The notes: generated by a model not told the origin, from the letters alone. DNA of 64,000 bases from Balamuthia mandrillaris (GCA_031835245.2 JAVKOQ020000016.1:186001-250000), one strand, 5' to 3'. Counted from the stretch's first letter, positions 13,403-27,000 are shown. Translations and numbers: made by a program.

Positions 13403-15417
13403 CAGAATACTTAAGGTAATACTGTTTTGTTCTGTTTCTCTGGTTTGTTTTTGCAAAAGCTGCGCCGAGTGAGGGACAACAAAGCGTTGCATTTGGACCA
13501 GGACTCAAAGAAGGGTTGGAAGGACGAGAGAGTAGACTCATCATCGTGACGCCTCAAAAAATGGTACAAGAAAGAACGCTCCGTCCTTCTGCCTTCTCTC
13601 TGGAACTGCGTTGGCTTCGTCCTCTTGCTGAGGATGAAGAGGATGAGCCGGAAGCGCTGGAAGAGGAGGATGAGGCGCTCACTGTGAAAGGAAGCGTGGA
13701 GCAACCGCCGTATGAGGCAGACGCCAAGTTTGGGTCTATGTTGGCTAATTATACTGCGCCAAGGTATGTTACTTTTTCTCCTTTGGTCCAGTTTTCTTCG
13801 CCTGTTATTCATTAGTAACAAAAAAAGGCCTGGAGTCTATCGGTTGGAAATAGCGTACCAAGGCAAACCTTTGCAACTCTCTCCTTGGGAAGTTAATATC
13901 AAAGCAGGTCTCTCTCTCTCTCTCTTCGCTGCTGATAAACTAACTGACTCGAAAAAACAGTCAAAACCGATGCATCACGATGTGTGGCAACTGGAGAGGG
14001 CCTACAAGGAGGCAAAGTAGGTCAGCCAAATACTTTCACTATAGAAGCTCGTGATACAGATGGCGTACCACGAATGCGAGGCGGGGATCATTTCATGGTA
14101 AGGCTAAAACTGATACAGGCGTTAACCAGCGAGGAACTGGGTGCCACTGCAGAAGAAAACAAAGATAGCTCATCTCCAGTTACGCACCAGAGGAAAAAAG
14201 GAGGAGGCGGCGAAGACAGCGGGTCCCACTCCACAAGGAAGCAACGGACAAAGGGCACAAGCTCCAAGCCTCACCACCATCACAACAAGGGCAAGAAAAA
14301 GAAAAAGAAGCCTCGAACAGACGTTACTATAAATGATCGTAAGGTTTGTTGCTCTCTACTCCTTTCTTTCTCCTCTTCCTGTTCTTCTTTTTTTGTATCT
14401 GCGGTTTCTTAATCGGATTTCAAAACCTAGGATGGAACGTACTCAGTACAGTACAAAGTGGCAAAAGCGGGACTCTTTCGTATCACAGTGAGGTTGGGCA
14501 AACGCAAGACCGGCGAAATGATAGCAGGTAGTCCTTTCATGGTGGCCGTTGGTACGGAGGAGCAGCGCGCAGCCATGTTGGCAAGAGCAAAGGCTGGAGC
14601 CGACTCTGACCTTGCCTTAAGTGAGCACAGCTCTTCGGAGTGGAAATCCGCCAACAGCGCGTTTGATGGCAGCGAGACTGACAGCGGAACCCTCATACCT
14701 GTTTCACGACAACAAAGAAGCTCCTCTTCTTCCTCCTCAAGGAATCCCCTCGCCTTCATTCTGCCTTCTGCGAGCAGCAGTGGCAGCGTAAAGATTGTAC
14801 CTTCTCCAAGAGAGCAAGAAGAAGAGGAAGAACCCCCTGCTGAGGCACTTAGCTCTAGAAGAGGAACCGCTTCAGAAAGAGGAGGAAAAGGTGAAGAGGT
14901 GGCTGCACTGCGACAAGAAGTGGAACGTTTGAAGCAGGAAAACTCGTCTTTGCAGCAACAAAAATTGGAGGCACAGGAACAAAATATGAAGCTACAACAA
15001 GAGCTGCTTCGCAAAGAGCACGAACTGCTGCAGCTAAAAGAACAGCAGCTCTCACAGTCTCCATCAACAAACCGCAGAGCAACAGCATATCAAGAAGAAG
15101 GATCATCGCCAGCCTCTGAGCAGGACCTTGTTGTTGTGGAACGGTTAAAGAAGGACCTTCGTAAAGAAAGACAGAAACAGCAGTGTGGCATTTGCGGAAA
15201 GGCTCCTCGTAAAATGCTGCTCTTCCCCTGCCTTCATTTCCTCTACTGTGAGGTTTGCGTAAGCCGGATGGATGCCTGCATGAGGTACATTTTTACCTTA
15301 GTTTTCTCCTCTCGTCTCTCTTCTCTGCTTCCAGCCCTTACGCTTACATTTTGTCTGATGAACATTAATAGCTGTGGGAGCAAAGTAACAGGCTACAGTA
15401 ACGTCCGTGAGTGGTAG
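12113..15417 (+). CDS. Ankyrin-repeat + filamin/Ig-repeat + coiled-coil + C-terminal RING protein (putative E3 ligase)
   Basis: Several GxTALH/TPLH ankyrin repeats; filamin-like GPGL.EG..G and GEGLQGGKVGQPNTFTIEARD..G..R..GGD..IAGSPF; RING CGIC..LFPCLHFLYCEVC..CMSC. Confidence 0.85.
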
Positions 15418-15834
15418 CAAGCAAGTGGACGCTCCCATCTTGCCCACATAACGGGAAGAAGGACGACCTCGGTTCTCTGTAATGATAGAGGAAAGAAGAG
15501 CGTGTCTCTTCACTCCTGAGTTCTCTGTACATATCCTCAAACATTAATGATCAAGCGTAGCAAGAGGAAGGAAGAGCGTATCTCTTCACCCCTCCTGCTT
15601 TTTTGCCCATCCTCCTTGTCCTTTCCCCTTCTCTTTCCATCTCATCGTCGCTCTTGTCTCCGTCTCTCTCTCTCAATTCTCAAGGGGCCATAAAAATCCT
15701 TAATATTTCGTGATTTTTTGCTTAATTTTAAAGGATATCGAAAAAAATGCAACACCTAACCTTTTCAGTCTGTTTATCGCCAACTTTTGTCCTCAAATTC
15801 AATATTTATTTGCTTCGGAGAGGAAGAAAAAGGA

Positions 15835-17612
15835 ATGAGGAGCAGAGGCAGTAGTAGCTTCGTTCTGGCCAGGACCACCACCGCTACCACCATCCCCAAC
15901 AGCAGCAGCCTTCTCCTTCGTAGTAGCGCTGCTGTTGCCAGTGGCAAGCGGGGTCACGCCACAAGCAGCAGCAGCAGCAGCAGCCAAGTGTACGCCGCTA
16001 CGCTGCAACCGAGGCTTGTGCGCACGCTGCAGGAGATCAAGGAGGAGGGCCTCTACAAGAACGAAAGGGTCATCACCTCCCCCCAGTCCAGCAACATCTC
16101 TGTCCAAAACAGAGAGGGACAGGTCCTCAACTTTTGCGCCAACAACTACCTCGGCCTGGCTGACAACAAGGACCTCATCGAGGCCGGCAAGCGGTACATG
16201 GACAAGTACGGCCTGGGCCTCGCCTCTGTGCGCTTCATCTGCGGCACGCAAAACATCCACAAGGAGCTGGAGCAGAAGGTGACGAGCTTTCATCGCACCG
16301 AGGACACCATTCTCTACACCAGCTGCTGGGATGCCAACGGAGGCCTCTTTGAGATCATGCTGGGCGCGGAGGACGCCGTCATCAGCGATGCCCTCAACCA
16401 CGCCTCTATCATTGATGGCATCCGGCTGTGCAAGGCCAAGAGGTATCGTTACAAGCACTTGGACATGGAGGACCTGGAGGAGCAACTCAAAGCTGCTGAG
16501 GCTGCTGGCGCTCCGGTCAAGATGATTGCCACTGATGGTTTGTTTCTTTGCTCTTCTTGTTCTTGTTCTTGTTCTTGTTCTTGTTCTTGTTCTTGTTCTT
16601 GTTCTTCTTCTTGTTCTTGTTCTTGTTCTTGTTCTTGTTCTTGTTCTTGTTCTTGTTCTTGTTCTTCTTCTTCTTCTTGTTCTTGTTCTTGTTCTTGTTC
16701 TTCTTCTTGTTCTTCTTCTTCTTCTTCTTCTTCTTCTTCTTCTTCTTCTTCTTCTTCTTCTTCTTCTTCTTCTTCTCTTCTTCTCTTCATATTGTCTTAC
16801 ACATGTAATATTTATTTTAAAACAGGTGCATTCAGCATGGATGGAGACGTTGCTCCATTGGACAAGATCTGTGCTTTGGCAGACAAATATAAGGCTCTCG
16901 TCATGGTCGATGAAAGCCATGCCACCGGCTTTTTCGGGCCTACTGGTCGTGGTACCCCTGAGTACTTTGGCGTCATGGATCGCGTTGACGTCGTCAACTC
17001 CACTCTTGGCGTTCGTTATCTCTTCCATTGATCTTCATTCTTACCTCTTTCCTCTTTTTCTTTGCTCTTGTCTTTGTTCTCTTGTTTGCTTCCCTTCTTT
17101 GAGTGCGCATTACAAAGAGATGACCTAACGATTAAAAAAAAAAACAGAAAGCATTGGGGGGAGCAACAGGTGGCTACACTACTGGCAGAAAGGAGATCGT
17201 TGAGGCAAACGTTTCACGCCCTTACCTCTTCTCCAACACGCTGGCACCCGCTCTGGTGGGAGCCTCCATCCAAGTGTTCGACGTCCTGTCCGCCTCCACC
17301 AAGCTGCGAGACAAGCTGGAGCAAAACACCACCAAGTTCAGGACGGCCATGAAGGCGGCCGGTTTCCAGGTATTGGGTAACGACCTCCACCCAGTGGTCC
17401 CCATCATGCTGAAGGATGCTCGTCTGGCCGCTCAATTCGCGGACCAGATGTTGCAACACGGCATCTATGTCATCGGCTTCAGCTATCCAGTGGTGCCAAA
17501 GGGAGAGGCTCGCATTCGCGTGCAGCTCTCCGCCAAGCATAGCTCTGCTGACATCGACTCTGCCATTGATGCGTTTATCAAAGTTGGAAAGCAGCTCTCC
17601 GTCATCCGCTAA
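15835..17612 (+). CDS. GCAT: 2-amino-3-ketobutyrate CoA ligase (glycine C-acetyltransferase), mitochondrial
   Basis: [60 protein letters not shown] and [18 protein letters not shown]-terminal Ser/Arg-rich presequence. Confidence 0.95.
16553..16773. repeat. (CTTGTT)n/(CTT)n intronic microsatellite
   Basis: Visible tandem repeat inside GCAT intron 1. Confidence 0.95.
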
Positions 17613-17706
17613 AACTTATTTTAAAGTTATGTAAGCTTTTATACTAACTAATCACCACAAAAAAGTTGATAGTATCCTATAAACTTTGCTCTATTGGTGC
17701 TTGTTA

Positions 17707-20109
17707 TCATAGAGAATCCTCATCATCTTCATCATCAAAATCCCATTCGATGGAGAGGTTGGCGGCGCTGTCTTTCATCTCAGTGAGGCCTGTTATGTCC
17801 TCCAAATAAGATGGTTTGTTGAAAGCCTTCAGCAAGAACTCAAAGCCGTGCTCCTTGTACTCTTTCAACACCTACTCCATAAAAGTTAGACGAGAGATAA
17901 AACAGGTGACACCGTGAAGACAGCACGGGAGAAGAGGAGAGAAGCATTGGGCAGCGGAAACACCTTGGAGGAACAAGCAGTGCACTTGTCATAGGCATGT
18001 CCTACAATCAGCAGTTGACTAAAGTGGCTGAGGAAGCCTCTTATTTGGTGGGGCAGAAGTCCTAATGCGCACTCTGTTTTCTCTGATATATCCTTGGCTG
18101 ATTCAGCGGCAGCTCTCCCCCTTTATTTTCAACAAGGATTGGAAGGACGGTGAGCGAGGAAAATGTGGAAAACGAGGAGAGCTTACCCAAGCGGATGATG
18201 CAACAAGGAGACTAAAAGTTCCACAGCCATTGTTGCAGCCATAAAGGAAACGCCTGGCCGGGTTACAGTACATTGTTGATCCAATGTGCGATCCGTCAGT
18301 GACTTGAAACAAGCATCCATGGAAGCAAAATGATGGTAAGTACGCGAGAAACAAATACAGAGAGACAGAGACAGAGAGAGTCAGAGATTACGTCTTGAGG
18401 AGCAACGACATCATTGCAAAAGTAGCAACCGAGTTCCTGGGTATCATCATCAGGTGAAGGAACGCCATGTCTCATCACTAGGAACGTATCAAAGCCAAGA
18501 GCTGCATTTATCACCAACTGCGATTTTTTGAAGGTAACTGATGAGCGAGGAGTGCATAAGGAGAGTGTCATCGATAGTACCTTGTGTTTTGCTGCAGCAA
18601 TAACACTGGGCAGCCATCGACTCTCGCGTGAATCAGTGAGCAGAAAAACGGCATCGTGTGATTCGATAAGGTTACTCAATAATTCGCAGTCGCCACGAAC
18701 CCTCTCTTCCTCTTCCTTGGGAATAGGGTGTCCAGGCATCGGTATTGACAGTGAATGGCCTTGTGCATTCTGAATAGTGCCGACGTTGAGAGCAGTATGG
18801 TAAGCACGATGAAAAGAAGCGTGGAGATGAGGAATCGGTGTGGAAAATGAAACTTACCATGTCTGGGAAAATATCCTTTAATCTTGCAGCAGCAGTAAGT
18901 GCTTTGGGTTTGCCACCGTCTTTACAATCCTCAAAAGTGAATAAAGATTGGCGTACTGGATTGCTATAAGATACCTTGCCATTATCTACAAACGTTATGT
19001 TTCTTACTCCCCATCCCTTTGGTTCCAAAAAACAAGCAAATGAGTGACTGATAAAGCAAAAACAAAAAAAAAAATACTAAAAGAGACCATAAGGGCCCTA
19101 GCAACATTACAGCCCAAGGTGCCAGCGCCCAAAAGGAGACACTTGGTGCCAGCAATCTTGCTCAAGTCAAGAGAAGGCAGAACCCTCCATCGCATAAGCT
19201 GGAGGTTAAGATCTACGGCGGTAGAAGCCAGCCTTGCAGGATCCATGGATGCACCAAGCCATATGTGACGAGGAGCGAGCTTGCCTTTCTTGTCCTTCTC
19301 CCAACCAACAGCAGCGCCTGGTAAATCTTCGCTGCTCCTTATCTGCTCGTCCACTGTTGGTTCCGTTTGTAGAAACGTCGCAATGAGCACACGAAAAAAA
19401 ACTTTTTCTGTTGTTGGACAATACGCACGTTTGCCAAGTTGCACTGATAGCAATAGAGAATGGGAAACATGTTGTTTGCCAGGCTCTTCCCTATAACAGA
19501 GGATTTGAATATTCTGCACGTTGAACTGGTAGGCCAACAACAGAAGCAAGTTGCGAAGGTGCCAACCAGGATTGGTCGGCAGCGAGCAAGCGTCCGCAAA
19601 GGCAACCATCCTTTGTTCCTCCTCTACTCCCTCCCAAAACGCATGCCACTGGGATAGAGCACCAACCTGCACCGATCCTTCCTTTGTTCTCTTCACTAAA
19701 AATGCACTTTGGTTGCACAGTCCGTTGTTGCCTTGCTGCTGAAGGTCATGTACTCCTTTTTGAAGCTCTTCCAACTGAAGATCAAAGAAGGGAGAAAAAG
19801 AGATAACGAATGTATGAGTTCACGAAGAATAAGAAGAAGAAGAAGAACATAAGACAACATAAGACCACAAGAGGTACCTGAGGGAAGGTGAAGACTTGAG
19901 AAAGGGCAACTGCAGGGGAGGCAAGCAAGGGCTGGCCAGCCGATTGAGGGAAGCACAAGGCAGGGAATGCGAACCAATAGTAGTAGTTGTACTTCTTGAG
20001 GTCGCAGAACGTTACCAGCAGAAAGCGGCACAACAGAGAAGGATCTTTCACCGCTGCCCCGCTCTTTATGTCCTCCCATATCTTTTCTTCCAGTTAAAAG
20101 AATGAAGAA

Positions 20110-20149
<40 letters not shown>

Positions 20150-20823
20150 GAGAGAGAGAAAGTGAGAGAGAGAGAGAAAGAGGAGAGAGAGAGAAAGTGA
20201 GAGAGAGAGAGAGAGAACGAGAGGAACGAGAGGAACGAGAGGGAACGAGAGAAGAAGAAGAAGAAGAAGAAGAAGAAGAAGAAGAAGAAGAAGAAGAAGA
20301 AGAAGAAGAAGAAGAAGAACAAGAAGAACAAGAACAAGAACAAGACCAAGAACAAGAACAAGAACAAGAAGAAGGGAGATGGTACTTGAATAGCAGCAGT
20401 GCGAAAGAGAGCGTTCTTGTCGAGCTTTTTGAAGGTCTCGATGGTGTTGGTGTTGTGAAGGGAGCCAGGCGCTTTGAACTGCAACAAATGGCCAGCGCTG
20501 CCCTTCCACGGGTGGTGGCCCTCCTCCTCCTCCTCCTCCTTGTCTTTCACCGGCTGTGCTTCTTGCGGCGGTTGGAAGGCGTCCCTGCCCAAAACCAAGC
20601 GAGAGGGAAGGGTGACGTCCTTGCCGCCGCCGGTGGCGTAGCTGCCAACCAGAGGGACGGCGGCCTCGCTCAAGCGCCACAGCTCCAGCTTGCGTCGGCC
20701 GACTTCCTGCCAAAAGGACACCTCCACAGCGCTGCTCAGCGGCTGGAACCTCACCAACGCTCCTTCTCCTCCTCCTCCTCCTCCTCCAGCTTTGCTGCTG
20801 CTAGCGGGCCTCTCCTCTTCCAT
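17707..20823 (-). CDS. ATG7: Autophagy E1-like enzyme ATG7, multi-exon
   Basis: [73 protein letters not shown] and catalytic [14 protein letters not shown]. Confidence 0.96.
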
Positions 20824-21053
20824 CCTTGCTTGCTTGCTTGCTTCCTTCCTTCCTCTTCTTTTTAGATTTTTTGCTGTTTTCTTTCTTCTTTTTTGTTTTT
20901 TTTGCCTCAAAGAGAGAAGGAAGAGAACAACCGCCGCCACCGCCGCCGCCGCCAGTGGAGAAGAAGAAGAAGAAGAAGAAGAAGAAGAAGAAGAAGAAGA
21001 AGAAGGAGAAGAAGAAGAGAAGAAGAAAGGGGTTTTGGGGTGGGCTCTGATTC

Positions 21054-24000
21054 ATGATGGAAGAGGGCCGCCCTTCCCACCGCAGCCGCCACTCTCGCCA
21101 TCATGCTGACCGCCGCCTGCCTCCTGAGGAGCGGCCTCGCCACCGCCGCCACCACCGCGAGGAGAGCAGCAGCCCTCCTCCCCACAGGAAACGCAAAGAG
21201 CTCCATCGGCATACTAGCGAGCGTGGGCATGGGCATGAGCGTGGGCAGCACTCCAGCCACAGCCCATACTTCCAAGCTAAAGCAGCAGCAGAAGAAGAGA
21301 GAGATGCTCAAGCACTCCGCACAAAACGGGCAAGGACGAAGCCTGGCGAGGAGGAGGAGGATTGGCCAAAGGGGAAGGAGCAGGAGAAGGTGAGGGAGGA
21401 ACAACACAATGCTGTGGCTGCTGCCCATGGTGGCAATACGGCTCGGTTGTGGCTATAAGAACACGCAATGATTATCTTATCTCTCATCTTTATTCTCCCG
21501 AAGTTGCTCTCACCTCTTTCCCGCCAAATCACAGTTACGGAGATTTAGACTTGAGAAATATTCTAGAACCACGAACACATATAAATAGAGTTCCTATGTA
21601 TCCGCACACACCCGCCGGGAACCGACACACACAACACACACACGTATACACACACTTTGTACTGCACTCTTACTCTCAATACAGTGTTCTTAGTGATACT
21701 TCCGCATATCTGCGCCTTTCCTATTTAATAGGTTATGGGCCTCACTCACTAACGCAACACTATCGCAGTACTTCGTTTCCCGCCCGTCCCGCCCTTTCTC
21801 TTCTTTCTTCGCCGAACACATCTACACAACCACAATGTCGACAAAAAAGGCGCACGATCTTTTCACCGGAGACAACTGGCAGTACTACCGCCAAAAAATA
21901 AAGAACGCGCTACACCGACACAACCTGTACGACTACGCCAAGAACGAGGTACCACTGATCAAAAAACCCGAGCGTGACTCCGAGGACTTTGAAGCTACCA
22001 ACAAAAAATACAAAGAACAACAACAAACTCTCGGAAAAGTAACATACATAATATGCAAACAACTCGACGAAACCAAAATCGGGCAATACGCACATCTTCC
22101 ACCACACGAAATCTGGAAGAAGCTCAATGACCTCTACAACCACCAAGACGCGTTCACAATCGGCATCACAATGGCGGAGCTGAACGAACTTACGTTCGAT
22201 TACGACAACTTCCCTCTTTTCCTCAACAAATTCGACGAAATCATCGATCGCCTCAACAAACTCGGGCTCAACTTCGACGAAACGGCTCGGAACAGCCTAC
22301 TACTCGGAAAAGCGAGAAAGTACCTTCACTGCATCAAAGGGGTACAGTTTGCCAACGATCCCGGAATCGTACGAAAGCTCTTCATGTCCGAATGGTCTCA
22401 ACAGAAAGCCAGCACCAACGCCGACGACACCGCTTTCCAACACAGAACGAACGGGAACAACAACAACAACAACAACGGCAACAACGGCATCAACCACAAC
22501 AACCACAACAACCACAGGCACAACGACTATCGACGAGGCAACAACAAACACCACGGGCGCGGACGTTACAGTCGAGGAGGACGAGGCAGAGGACGCGGAC
22601 AACGCCAGTACCACAACCAACAACCGAACCAGGACGGCAAGCACTGCGATTTCTGCAACACCCATACGCACAACACCAGCGACTGCCGAACTATGAAGAA
22701 AGCAGCCGACAAGCTCGCCGCTATTGAAGCTGCCGCAGATGCTACCGCTAACATGGCTACCACCAACACAAACACTTCTTCTTCTTCTTCTCAAACCAAT
22801 AAAGACTTTTGCCCCTGGTACATCGATTCTGGCGCATCTCGACACATGTCCAACAAACAAGACTGGTTTTCCTCACTTCGTACCCATTCTCCCTCAAAAA
22901 TTTTCCTTGGCGACAACTATGCAGTTCCAGCTATCGGCACGGGCACAATCAAACTACAAACAAACCGAGGCTACAACATCGCTATCGACAACGTACTTTA
23001 CGCACCTGACCTCGCCAACAATCTCGTCTCCGTTGCTGCCCTCACAGACAGAGGAAACCAAGTCCTTTTCAAAGGCAATTTTTGCTACGTCATCGACCAG
23101 AAAGGAGAGACCGTCGCCACAGCCACCAAAAAGAACGGTAACTACCCACTCACCAACTTCAACATAATCAACAACGAACAGAACACGGCATACATGGCTA
23201 CTCAACTACCGCCTTCTACGAACCTTACAACCCTTTGGCATCGACGTTTAGGACACATCAACATCAACTCTCTCCGCAAGCTACCCCAAATCGTTAGCGG
23301 CGTCACCCTTGGCAGACACGACTTCGGCACATGCATCGCCTGCATAACGGGCAAACAACACCGTACCAAGATCAACAGAGCGCCTGCACCGCGTGCACTT
23401 TCCAAACTTCAACTCGTTCACACTGACGTCTGTGGGCCAATGCAAATTCCCTCCATCGGTGGTTCACGATATTTCGTAACTTTCACCGACGACTACACAC
23501 GCAAGACCTGGACCTACTTCCTCAAAAACAAAAACGAAGTCACGACAAAATTCATCGAGTTCGCTAAACTCGTCACCAACCAAACCGGTCTCACCATCAA
23601 GGCCGTCCGCAGCGACGGCGGAGGAGAATATTTCGGCTACCAATTCAAAAACGCGCTCATCCAACGAGGCATTCTTCATCAACGCTCTGCTCCATACACA
23701 CCTGAGCAAAATGGCGTCGCAGAACGAAAGAACCGCTCCATTGTAGAAAAAGCCTTGTGTCTCTTGCAACAAGCTCATCTCGAAACGCGCTTCTGGGCGG
23801 AAGCAGTTCGCATGGCCACAATCATCCTCAATCACGTCGGCACTAAAGCCCTGAGAGCTGACCTCACGCCTGAGGAGGCGTGGACCGGAATCAAACCTAA
23901 CCTCAGCCACATCCACACTTTTGGCTGCACGGCTTACGCTCTCACACCAAAATCACTACGCAAGAAGTTCGACCCGCACTCAACGAAATGCATTTACATC

Positions 24001-27000
24001 GGACCTGCGGAAGACGCCAAAGCACATCGTCTCTACCGTCTCGAAACTAATCGCTTTTTCACAAGCCGAGACGTCACCTTCATCGAAGACGACTTCCCTT
24101 TCGCTCCCAACCAAGAGCCCAAACCTTCAGAAGAAGACGACGAACCTTACTACAGCGACACCGACACCGACACCAGCACCGACGACGACAGCGACACTTC
24201 CAGCGACAGCGGCGATGAAACGCCTACTCCCTTCGTTTTTGAACAAGACACCAACTACTTGGAAGCCAACGACGAATTACCGGAAGACATCGAACACGCT
24301 ACCACAGACAGCGAGGACACCCTAACTTCCAACCCCCCATCCTCAGAAGAAATAGCAGAACCAGGGGGAGCGTCACCCTCACCATCTTACATCCTACCTT
24401 CTGCGGCCCCAGCACCCAAGACTACTAAACGTTTCGCGAAAAGACTCAAAAGCGCAACCAAATCAACCAAAAACCCACGCCAACCCAAAAAGCGCAACGT
24501 CACATGGAACATGCCACTCGCTCGTACTTTCAACAAGTCTACCACTACTGCTACTACTACCCCAACAGCACAAACGGAACGACGATATCCTCTACGCAGT
24601 CGCACCCCATCACGTAAAGCACTCGAAGCAGCTCAAGCCCTAGCTTGCATCACTCCACAAAACCGTTTCACACCGCGAAACTACTCCGAAGCCATTTCTT
24701 GTCCCGAAGCCAGCTTATGGAACGACGCCATGGACAGCGAAGTCGATTCGCTCACCTCCAACGGAACGTGGATACTTGTACCCCCACCTGAAAACGAAGA
24801 CATCAACATTGTGGACTGCATGTGGATTTACAAAATCAAAGAACTTGCAGACAACTCCGTTGACAAATACAAAGCTCGTCTTGTAGCTCGAGGTTTCACT
24901 CAAAAGTACGGCATTGACTTTTTCGACATCTACTCACCAGTAGCCATCCTCACGTCCATTCGAACCGTCATCGCTTACGCCACACTCCACGGATATAGGC
25001 TGCATCATCTCGATTTCGTCACAGCCTACCTCAACGCCAAACTCAAACAAAAAATATACATGCGACAACCTCCAGGCTACGTCGACCCACAACACCCCAA
25101 CTGGCTTTGTCTTCTACAAAAAGGCCTCTACGGACTTCGACAATCAGCTCGCAAGTGGAACAAAACCGTACACAAAGAAATCCTTGCCATTGGTTTCTAC
25201 CAAAGCGAAGCGGACCCTTGCATCTACGTAAAGGTCGAAGGGGGAGAAATCATCATTCTCGCCCTTTACGTCGACGACGTTCTTCTCGCAGCCAAAACTA
25301 CCAAAGCGATGGAACCCACCAAGAAACAACTCTCCAAAGCGTTCAAAATGAAAGACCTCGGCGAAGCGAAATACATCTTAGGAATCGAAATCCAACGAGA
25401 CTACGAAAACAAACGAACCTACCTATCACAACAAAAATTCATCTCCGACACTCTCGAGAAATACGGCATGACGAACGCAAAACCTAGCGTCACTCCACTA
25501 GTCCCACACGAGCGTCTCGCCAAACGTCTACCCAACGAACCAAAAATCGACAGCAACATCCCATATCAAGGAGTAATCGGAAGCCTTCTCTGGATTATGC
25601 GCGGAACACGACCAGACATCGCTGCAGCACTCAGCCAACTCACTCGATTCTGCTCTGACCCCTCCAAACATCACTGGGCAGCAGCACAACACACCCTACG
25701 ATATCTCAAACACACTCAAAACACCTGCATCGTCTACGACGGAAACGCACCCAACGCTGACCGACTTATCGGCTACACCGATGCAGATTTCGGAGGAAAA
25801 GAAAAGAAACAAAAATCCACTTCTGGATACGGTTTCACACTCTGCGGAGGACCAATCAGCTGGAGTAGCAAGAAACAAAGCGACATCGCACTCTCAACTT
25901 CAGACGCTGAATACGTAGCAGCATGTCACGCAACTAAAGAAGCTGTCTGGCTCCGTCAACTCCTCAAAGATCTCAAACTTCCACAACAAGGACCAACTGA
26001 ACTCTTCGAAGACAACCAAACAGCAATCAAGATCGCAGAAAACCCAATCATCCACGATCGAAGTAAACACATCGACGTCAAGTACCACTACGTCCGACAG
26101 AAAGTTAAGAGAAAAGAAGTTAAACTCATCTACGTACCTTCTGGCGAAAATATCGCAGATGCTATGACCAAATCTCTCGCGGGACCACTACTTAGAAAGC
26201 ATATGGCATCTTTTGGATTATCCCAACCTCCAGACCAGCCGAACCGAGATAAGCCAAACATTGAGGGGGAGTATAAGAACACGCAATGATTATCTTATCT
26301 CTCATCTTTATTCTCCCGAAGTTGCTCTCACCTCTTTCCCGCCAAATCACAGTTACGGAGATTTAGACTTGAGAAATATTCTAGAACCACGAACACATAT
26401 AAATAGAGTTCCTATGTATCCGCACACACCCGCCGGGAACCGACACACACAACACACACACGTATACACACACTTTGTACTGCACTCTTACTCTCAATAC
26501 AGTGTTCTTAGTGATACTTCCGCATATCTGCGCCTTTCCTATTTAATGTGGCCTCCTCTATGCGACAGACTGCTGTTCGGTCCGAAGCAGCCGATGCCCA
26601 AGGGCTCTCCCGCCTACCTTGACTTTCAAGGTACCTCTCTTATGCTCTTCTCCTCCTCTCCTCCTCTCCTCCTCTCCTCTTCCTCCTCTCCTCCTCTCCT
26701 CTTCTCTCCGTGTAGGCATGTATAATGCATAACGAGAATCGTGGGGAACAGATTTCTTCTCCAAATACCTCCGCTATAACAACGTGCTGAGGGCAAAGCA
26801 GCAACAACACAAAGAGGAGAAGGTCAGTGACCAAGAAGACGACCGGCACAGCAAGGAGCCACTACCAGAAGTGTTGCAGGTGCTCCCTCTCCAATACGAC
26901 CAAAGATATCGCGTTAACTTCTCTCTGACGTATGGCCACATGGAACAAGGTTAGCTCTCTCTATCACTTCTCCATTGCCTCTCTCTTTGGCGGCGTCTTT

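Larger units (their letters stand above)
21454..26547 (+). mobile_element. Full-length Ty1/copia LTR retrotransposon
   Basis: Matching LTRs 21454-21730 and 26272-26547; TSD GTGGC at 21449-21453 and 26548-26552; PBS GGTTATGGGCC at 21731; PPT GAGGGGGAG at 26263-26271; single intact ORF. Confidence 0.98.

Noticed and set aside
15799..17028. 409-aa antisense ORF over GCAT
   Set aside because: Shadow of GC3-rich codons plus an intronic microsatellite.
20066..21109. Overlapping poly-E/L/F/K ORFs around the ATG7 start
   Set aside because: Products of (GAA)n/(GA)n repeats in an intron and in the divergent promoter.
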